From positions 1,680,001 to 1,712,000 of the forward strand of contig NC_006576.1 in assembly GCF_000010065.1 (NCBI RefSeq): a stretch of DNA of 32,000 bases. The letters run 5' to 3'. The notes under the pieces were generated by a model. The model saw nothing but the letters and a program-made list of their open reading frames with translations, was not told where the DNA came from and made no database searches. This document shows positions 26,403 through 32,000 of this stretch, one piece after another. The position numbers and the translations under genes are program-made. The stretch comes from Synechococcus elongatus PCC 6301 (lineage in GTDB: Bacteria; Cyanobacteriota; Cyanobacteriia; Synechococcales; Synechococcaceae). Every line of letters starts with the position of its first letter. Positions within the stretch are counted from its first letter, which is position 1.

Positions 26403-27044
26403 CTAGATTCTGCATTTGGCGCTTGAGGGGATAGCGCTTTTCGAGGGCGGCACGGGCGAGGTCTTCGCGATCGCGCTGCAGGGCGGTTTGGGCTGTTTTG
26501 TGCCAGGATTCGGCTTCTTGTCGGATCTGGGCCAGTTGTTGCTGGAGTTGGTTTCCGTCACCAAGAGGGAGGTCCGAGCTTCTTGTAGCAAGCGTTCGGC
26601 TTGGACAGGATCCGCAGACTGTTGAGCTTGACTGAGGAGATTCTGCACCCCTAGGGCACCGGCGGCTGCCAAGGCTGGCAGCACGAGCGGGCCACCGAGG
26701 AGTAGCCCACCAACGGCCCCGATTGCTAGCGATCGCTCAACTTGGCTGCTGTTTGCCCGACCCGTTTTGCACCAAGTGGCGAAGTGTTCGCAGTTGCTGA
26801 ACAGGACGTTGTAGCGTTGTTCCCCCAGACGACTGAGGGCGCGTTCGATCGTGATGTCGGCAGGGTCGCAGTCGGCATAATCACGCAGCCGAATGGGCTC
26901 GCCCCGACGGAAGTATTCTTTGCTGGTGCGAACAATCGTTTCGCCTTCGAGGTAGTGCACGACGGTGCCATCCCCAATATCAATGCCGTGATGGGTGTAC
27001 AGTCCGCCCCGTCGATCGACAACGAGATGATCGCCTTGTGCCAT
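26403..27044 (-). CDS. LRAT/NlpC-P60 (H-rev107-like) domain protein with a hydrophobic Gly/Ala-rich segment; the 3' part appears frameshifted (true end probably 26359)
   Basis: LRAT-family catalytic residues are seen in YTHHGIDIG, VVHY and NCEHFATW, followed by LAIGAVGGLLLGGPLVLPALAAAGALGV. The last ~50 codons of this frame are Pro/Ser/Lys-rich nonsense. Another frame continues as a clean coiled coil (see findings). Confidence 0.75.
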   Translation of the reverse strand: MAQGDHLVVDRRGGLYTHHGIDIGDGTVVHYLEGETIVRTSKEYFRRGEPIRLRDYADCDPADITIERALSRLGEQRYNVLFSNCEHFATWCKTGRANSSQVERSLAIGAVGGLLLGGPLVLPALAAAGALGVQNLLSQAQQSADPVQAERLLQEARTSLLVTETNSSNNWPRSDKKPNPGTKQPKPPCSAIAKTSPVPPSKSAIPSSAKCRI

Positions 27045-27067
27045 AGAACCGAGAAGAGTCCTCTTCG

Positions 27068-27910
27068 CTAGGGTAGCGAGCTGCGGGGGGCTTGGAGGAA
27101 CGGTCGTGCGATCGCGGCAAAAGTGGTTGGATCCTCCAGCATCGGTAGGTGTCCAACTTGGGGAATAACCACCTGCCGACAGCGATTGCTGAGGGTTGCA
27201 GCCTGCTCAGCCAAGGCAACTGGTGCAATCTGATCAAACTGGCCCGAAATCAGTAGAGTCGGCACAGCGATCGATCGCCAAGCCTGACCGAGTTGCTCGA
27301 TAGCATTGGCGCTGACAGCGTCTTGCAGGCTGCCGATCGCGGCTTCGGTATCCGCTTGCAGAAAGTCCGCCAGAAAGGATCGAGTGGTTGCTGGATCAAG
27401 CGGTCGATGACAGAAGCGACTGAGAATCAGGCGATCGAGGCCAGGAATTTGCTGCCAGAGCGGCGATCGCGAGCGCACAAGGAGCTGGCTGATCTGCTGA
27501 AAAATCGCAAAGGCGATCGGGGAGTAAGTAAACAGTCCGCTGGCGGTCAACAGCAGACGATCGCAGCGATCGGGATAAGCCTGGGCAAATAGGAGCGCGA
27601 TGCTGCAGCCCCAAGAGTGAGCCACAATCCGGACTGGCGGTAACGCAAGCTGATCAAGTAGAGCGACTACATCCGCAACCGTTGCTTGCAAGCTGTAGTC
27701 CTGACCTGCTGGCTGCGATCGGGCTTCACCAAAGCCGCGCCAATCGAGAGCCAGTCCTGCTCCACAATCCTCCAGCGCTTGGGCCATTGGCTGCCAATTA
27801 CGACGACTGCCCCCCCAACCATGGAGATAGAGAATGGGCGCTTGGCGATCGCCTGCTAAAGTCCATTCCGCTTGCAGTGACCCCCCTTGGGGTGAGGCGA
27901 TCGCAATCAA
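27068..27910 (-). CDS. alpha/beta-hydrolase fold protein
   Basis: Motifs are [10 protein letters not shown], the nucleophile elbow AHSWGCS, and VGHLPMLE (catalytic His). The only available start is the TTG at 27910, which overlaps the clpX TGA (TTGA). Confidence 0.78.
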   Translation of the reverse strand: MIAIASPQGGSLQAEWTLAGDRQAPILYLHGWGGSRRNWQPMAQALEDCGAGLALDWRGFGEARSQPAGQDYSLQATVADVVALLDQLALPPVRIVAHSWGCSIALLFAQAYPDRCDRLLLTASGLFTYSPIAFAIFQQISQLLVRSRSPLWQQIPGLDRLILSRFCHRPLDPATTRSFLADFLQADTEAAIGSLQDAVSANAIEQLGQAWRSIAVPTLLISGQFDQIAPVALAEQAATLSNRCRQVVIPQVGHLPMLEDPTTFAAIARPFLQAPRSSLP

Positions 27911-29256
27911 GCGGATTCCGGTGTGGGCAAACTGGACGGGAGCAAGAGTACGTCTGCGCTAGAGCGTTTTTCAACCATCTCCCGCGTGATCGTGCAGTGG
28001 GTGACGTCCTGACGCGAGGGCAGTTCGTACATCACTTCCAGCATGATCTCTTCGACAATGCCGCGGAGTGCCCGCGCTCCGGTCTTACGGCGGAAGGCTT
28101 CACGAGCGATCGCTTCGATCGCATCTTGGCGAAACTCCAGCTCGACGCTGTCCATGTGCATCAGCTTCTGATACTGCTTGACCAGCGCATCCCGGGGTTC
28201 GGTCAGGATTTCCGTCAACGCCGTTTCGTCGAGCGGATCGAGGACCGCCGTGACGGGCATCCGGCCAATAAATTCGGGAATCAGGCCAAACTGGACCAGA
28301 TCCTCGGGTTCCATGTGGCGCAGGATGGCCGCTGCCCGCTGCTCCTTGGTTTTGCTCTCTTCTGGGTGAACAAAGCCGATCGATTTTTTGCCAAGACGGC
28401 GATCGACTAGTTTCTCCAACCCGACAAAAGCACCACCACAGATAAACAGGATGTTGCGCGTATCGATTTGGATACAGTCCTGATAGGGATGCTTGCGACC
28501 GCCTTGGGGGGGGACATTGGCAATTGTGCCTTCCAGCATCTTCAGGAGTGCCTGCTGGACGCCTTCGCCCGAGACATCGCGCGTGATCGAAGGGTTTTCG
28601 CTCTTGCGCGCGATTTTGTCGATTTCGTCGATGTAGATGATGCCGCGTTGAGCTTCCTCGATATCGAGATCGGCCACTTGCAGGAGCCGCAGCAGAATGT
28701 TTTCGACGTCCTCACCGACGTAGCCGGCTTCGGTCAGGGTTGTCGCATCAGCGACGGCAAAAGGAACATCTAACAGCTTGGCAAGCGTCTGAGCCAGCAA
28801 GGTTTTACCGCAGCCCGTTGGTCCAATCAGCAGAATATTCGACTTCTGGATTTCAATCGTTTCGCCTGCTTCCTCCGCTGATTGCTGGTAGGCGAGCCGC
28901 TTGTAGTGGTTGTAAACCGCTACCGACAACATCTTTTTGGCTTCGTTTTGACCAATGACGTGGTGGTCAAGATAGCGCTTGATGTCGTGGGGCTTGGGAA
29001 TCTGCGACAGCGTTAGCGATCGCTTCGGTTTGCGTGGGCCTTGGTGACTAGTGGTAGCAGCAGTGGCTGGTTTAGGGCTACCGGGCGGCGGTGCTGGGTT
29101 GGCATTACCGTCGAACAGCTCTTCGTCGAGGATTTCGTTGCAGAGGTCGACGCACTCATCACAAATGTAGACTCCAGGGCCGGCGATGAGTTTGCGCACC
29201 TGCTCCTGGGATTTTCCACAAAAAGAGCACTTCAGGTGAGAGTCGTATCTCGACAT
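27907..29256 (-). CDS. clpX: ATP-dependent Clp protease ATP-binding subunit ClpX
   Basis: It has the zinc-binding N-domain [20 protein letters not shown], Walker [12 protein letters not shown] and Walker [10 protein letters not shown], plus the IGF loop. The ATG at 29256 ([10 protein letters not shown]) is preferred over the GTG at 29259. Confidence 0.95.
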   Translation of the reverse strand: MSRYDSHLKCSFCGKSQEQVRKLIAGPGVYICDECVDLCNEILDEELFDGNANPAPPPGSPKPATAATTSHQGPRKPKRSLTLSQIPKPHDIKRYLDHHVIGQNEAKKMLSVAVYNHYKRLAYQQSAEEAGETIEIQKSNILLIGPTGCGKTLLAQTLAKLLDVPFAVADATTLTEAGYVGEDVENILLRLLQVADLDIEEAQRGIIYIDEIDKIARKSENPSITRDVSGEGVQQALLKMLEGTIANVPPQGGRKHPYQDCIQIDTRNILFICGGAFVGLEKLVDRRLGKKSIGFVHPEESKTKEQRAAAILRHMEPEDLVQFGLIPEFIGRMPVTAVLDPLDETALTEILTEPRDALVKQYQKLMHMDSVELEFRQDAIEAIAREAFRRKTGARALRGIVEEIMLEVMYELPSRQDVTHCTITREMVEKRSSADVLLLPSSLPTPESA

Positions 29257-29268
29257 CACGCCTGCCCG

Positions 29269-29991
29269 CTACTGGAGAACAGCATCATTATGGTCGGTGA
29301 TGGCCATGGTTGGCCGTGTAAGTACCTGATCAATTAATCCGTAAGCCTTGGCTTCTTCCGGCGACATGAAGAAGTCGCGATCGGTGTCGACTTCAATTTT
29401 TTCGAGGGGCTGGCCTGTGTGCTGGGCGAGCAAGTCGTTCAGCGTGCTCTTGTGATAGAGGATTTCTCTCGCTTGGATTTCAATATCCACGGCCTGACCC
29501 TGAGCACCGCCGAGGGGTTGGTGGATCATGATCCGAGCACTCGGAAGCGCCATCCGCTTGCCTTGGGCACCCCCCGAAAGCAGGAATGCCCCCATGCTGG
29601 CCGCTAGGCCAAAACAGATGGTGGCGACATCCGGCGCAACCTGCTGCATTGTGTCGTAGATCGCCATCCCTGCCGTGACGGAGCCGCCGGGGGAGTTGAT
29701 ATAGAGCTGAATGTCTTTCTCTGGATCTTCGGCTTCCAGAAAGAGCAGCTGGGCCACGATCGAATCGGCAACGGCATCATCAACGCCAGTCCCTAGGAAG
29801 ACAATCCGTTCGCGTAGCAAGCGGGAATAGATGTCAAAGGCGCGTTCGCCCCGGCCGGACTGCTCTACCACCGTCGGCACAATGGCTTGGGAGCCTGCGA
29901 TCGCTTGAATCTGCGGCTGCTGCCAGCGGCTGTCGAGACCAGCGGCCAGTCGTCGGCTGTGGATGGGCAGAGAAGCGTGGGACGAAAACAT
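29269..29991 (-). CDS. clpP: ATP-dependent Clp protease proteolytic subunit (ClpP2-type, with N-terminal extension)
   Basis: [11 protein letters not shown] and IMIHQPLGG are intact. The ORF-track start at 30177 lies inside tig. The ATG at 29991 (MFSSHASLP) is the first start after the tig stop and gives 240 aa. Confidence 0.9.
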   Translation of the reverse strand: MFSSHASLPIHSRRLAAGLDSRWQQPQIQAIAGSQAIVPTVVEQSGRGERAFDIYSRLLRERIVFLGTGVDDAVADSIVAQLLFLEAEDPEKDIQLYINSPGGSVTAGMAIYDTMQQVAPDVATICFGLAASMGAFLLSGGAQGKRMALPSARIMIHQPLGGAQGQAVDIEIQAREILYHKSTLNDLLAQHTGQPLEKIEVDTDRDFFMSPEEAKAYGLIDQVLTRPTMAITDHNDAVLQ

Positions 29992-30082
29992 AGAGGAAGG
30001 CACTGGATACAGCAGCGGCAGCGAGAGAGTCCCGCTGCCGACAATTATGCCGCGCCGAACTGGTCGACTGTGAGCGAGCGGC

Positions 30083-31507
30083 TTAGGCTTTTTTCTTGCC
30101 TTTCTTCGCTTTGGGTGCTTCAGGGGCTTCTTCTGCAGTTTCCGTCGCGGTTGTTTCCACGGTCGCGGAGGCAGCATCGACTTCAGTTTCTGCTGCTTTG
30201 GGGGCGACGAAGGTCACGCTGTTGTTGGCCTCAAACCACTCCAGCAGTTTGTCCTCTAGTAATTCTTCGCGGACGACCGTGATGAGGCGATCGCGATCGA
30301 CTTCTTGCGGGCGAGGATAGTTGCTCAGCAGTTCAGCTGCCCGAGCCTTCACGGCTTCGTCATCAACCTGAGTCTCGGTGACTTTTGCCAACTCACCCAG
30401 GGCGATCGTGCGGCGCAGACGTTGCTCGTCTTCGTCCTTGGAATTTTCGCGCAACCGTTCCAGTACTTCTTCGGTGAACAGCTTGCGGACATCCATGCCT
30501 TGTCCCGAGAGACGGCTGGCCGTCTCGTTGATCATGGCAGAGATTTCGCGCTGGAGCAGCGACTCGGGAATTTCCACATCCAGCTGATCGGCCAACGCAG
30601 TCAGGATCGCGTCACGCTTGCTGGCTTTGACTTCGCTCTCATGTTCCGCTTGGAAGCGCTCGGTCAAGGCTGTTTTCAGCTCTTCGATCGTTTCGTACTG
30701 GCTGGCTTCCTGAGCGAAGGCATCATCCAGTTCTGGCAGATCGCGGGTTTTCAGCTCTTTGAGCGTGATTGTGAACTGGGCAGCTTTGCCGGCGACTTCT
30801 TCCTGGGCATAGGTCTCGGGAAAGGTGGCATCAACGGTGCGGGTTTCTTCGATCGCCATGCCAACGATGCCGCTGATGAAGCCTGGGATAAAGCGATCTT
30901 CTTCAACTTCAATTTGGAAGTCGGTGCCGCTACCACCCGGAATTTCTTCGCCGCTCTCGACGAGGATGCCTTGGAAGTCGATCACGGCCACATCGCCGAT
31001 CGCCGCATTGCGGCCTTCGACGGGGACCAAGGTCGCCATCTGTTTTTGTTGCTCGGCTAAAACATTGTCAACGCGGTTGGCATCAAAGGGCACCTCAGCC
31101 ACTTCGACCGTCAAGCCGGTGTACTGCGCTAGGGTTGCCGTCGGCTGCACGTCGACACTGGCTTCAAAGCTGAAAGACTTGCCGGGTTGAAAGGCAGCAA
31201 CGAGCGTCTCAAAGTCGCTGCTCAACTGGTAGTTGCCGATCGCTGGAATCGATTCTTGGGCGATCGCCGATTCCAAGCTTTGCTGAACCAAGTCCTCAAT
31301 AGCGTTGGCCTTGAGAGCGGTTTCACCCAAACGCTGAATCAGAACTGGACGGGGGACTTTCCCAGGACGAAAGCCGGGGAAACGAACTTCGCGACTGAGG
31401 CGGGTGAGGGTACGCTCGTAGACTTGGCGCGACTGTTCGCCACTGACTTCAATCTGCAGACCAACGCGACTGGCCGGCAGCTTCTCCTGGGTAACTTTTA
31501 TCGACAT
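30083..31507 (-). CDS. tig: trigger factor (ribosome-associated PPIase chaperone)
   Basis: The N-terminus reads [21 protein letters not shown]...[10 protein letters not shown] (ribosome-binding GFRxGxxP motif). It has a central FKBP-like domain and a Lys-rich C-terminal tail. Length is 474 aa. Confidence 0.95.
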   Translation of the reverse strand: MSIKVTQEKLPASRVGLQIEVSGEQSRQVYERTLTRLSREVRFPGFRPGKVPRPVLIQRLGETALKANAIEDLVQQSLESAIAQESIPAIGNYQLSSDFETLVAAFQPGKSFSFEASVDVQPTATLAQYTGLTVEVAEVPFDANRVDNVLAEQQKQMATLVPVEGRNAAIGDVAVIDFQGILVESGEEIPGGSGTDFQIEVEEDRFIPGFISGIVGMAIEETRTVDATFPETYAQEEVAGKAAQFTITLKELKTRDLPELDDAFAQEASQYETIEELKTALTERFQAEHESEVKASKRDAILTALADQLDVEIPESLLQREISAMINETASRLSGQGMDVRKLFTEEVLERLRENSKDEDEQRLRRTIALGELAKVTETQVDDEAVKARAAELLSNYPRPQEVDRDRLITVVREELLEDKLLEWFEANNSVTFVAPKAAETEVDAASATVETTATETAEEAPEAPKAKKGKKKA

Positions 31508-31774
31508 CCGAGTTCAGATTATTTGAGGGAGCTGGTTGCAGCGTGGGCAATGATCCAGTGGCCTTGCCATAGGCCAATGATCGCGCTCGAGATCTCAGGG
31601 GGATGGCGATCGCGGATCGAGGCTTCTTTTTTCTGCAGTCTTTGATCGTATCTGATGGACATGGCTCCTGACCAGAATCGATCGAATTGCTCCCAGTCAC
31701 GCTTCAGCCTTGTGGCGATCGCCCGCATCAGGAACAATGCCATGCTGAAACAGGCATAGCGATGTTGTGAGGCC

Positions 31775-32000
31775 ATGCAAGAGGCAAAAGTTGCGGCAAT
31801 TTTGGGAGCCGGTGCTTGGGGAACGACCCTGGCTCAGCTCTTGCGCAGCAATGGCCTTGAGGTGCGGCAATGGTCTCGCCGAAGTGAGACCTCTTTGGCA
31901 GCAACATTGGCAGAGGCCGATCTCTGGATTATGGCGGTCTCCATGGCCGGCTTGGCTTCCGTGGCGGATCAAGTGGCAGCCCTCCAACTGGGCGATCGCG
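31775..32000 (+). CDS. gpsA: NAD(P)H-dependent glycerol-3-phosphate dehydrogenase, N-terminal part (runs off the right edge)
   Basis: The ATG at 31775 has an in-frame TAG at 31757. MQEAKVAAILGAGAWGTTLAQLLRSNGLEVRQWSRR is the GpsA Rossmann N-terminus. There is no stop before the window ends. Confidence 0.75.
   Translation, partial: MQEAKVAAILGAGAWGTTLAQLLRSNGLEVRQWSRRSETSLAATLAEADLWIMAVSMAGLASVADQVAALQLGDR

Noticed and set aside
27682-28410. A 242-aa plus-strand ORF opposite clpX and the alpha/beta-hydrolase. A similar ORF at 30305-31060 lies opposite tig.
   Set aside because: Both are antisense shadow ORFs opposite genes with definitive signatures.
29992-30177. A 62-codon Lys/Arg/Pro-rich N-terminal extension of the clpP2 ORF ([18 protein letters not shown]...).
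   Set aside because: It overlaps the tig 3' end in another frame, and its basic composition is just the tig KKGKKKA tail region read off-frame. The first start after the tig stop (ATG at 29991) gives a sensible ClpP2.
31519-31776. An 85-aa minus-strand ORF in the tig/gpsA divergent intergenic region, and the overlapping ORF at 31449-31700.
   Set aside because: There is no recognisable family and codon usage looks odd. It overlaps the gpsA start and the expected tig promoter and leader. It could still be real, but I cannot support it from the sequence.
1-32000. Dozens of dispersed GCGATCGC palindromes, considered as a possible CRISPR array, MITE family or terminator set.
   Set aside because: They are isolated 8-mers with no regular repeat-spacer periodicity or flanking conserved sequence, and most lie inside ORFs. 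This is the known HIP1 genome signature, not an array or mobile element.
1-32000. A search for mobile elements, toxin-antitoxin pairs, restriction-modification systems or other defence islands.
   Set aside because: I saw no transposase, integrase or recombinase motifs, no tRNA-flanking direct repeats, and no small paired ORFs with TA-like features. The window reads as core chromosome.

Overview
This window looks like core chromosome of a HIP1-rich (GCGATCGC) cyanobacterium. From memory, gene content and order match Synechococcus elongatus PCC 7942/6301. I found no transposase, integrase, phage gene or CRISPR array.

Gene order, left to right:
- A truncated cysteine desulfurase (-).
- A compact bidirectional [NiFe]-hydrogenase and maturation cluster, hoxU-hoxY-hoxH-hoxW-hypA-hypB-hypF-hypC (+).
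- A degenerate AAA-like ATPase (-), then housekeeping genes: leuD, an SGNH hydrolase, an aspartate aminotransferase, a VOC protein and a family-4 UDG.
- A run of exported redox proteins: a cytochrome c6-like protein, a cupredoxin and a thioredoxin-fold protein.
- tRNA-Asp, tRNA-Trp and rplS (-).
- clpR-clpP3 followed by a J-domain/TPR gene (+).
- Two divergent diguanylate cyclase genes.
- tsf-rpsB (-).
- A long minus-strand operon, tig-clpP2-clpX, extended by an alpha/beta-hydrolase and an LRAT-family gene.
- The start of gpsA (+).

Most noteworthy observations:
1. The LRAT/NlpC-P60-like gene at the tail of the clpX operon has a PspA/IM30-like coiled-coil C-terminus in a different reading frame. 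This could be a frameshift, a pseudogene or recoding.
2. The GAF-GGDEF protein has a GAF domain carrying both the DXCF cysteine and the canonical bilin-binding cysteine of cyanobacteriochromes, but with Cys-Tyr in place of Cys-His.
3. A patch of about 45 nt in hoxH reads like the conserved HoxH motif only in the +1 frame, which suggests a compensated double frameshift.
4. The two-gene c-di-GMP segment is conspicuously HIP1-poor and more AT-rich, in contrast to the HIP1-saturated hypF.

All homology calls come from reading motifs by eye. No searches were run.
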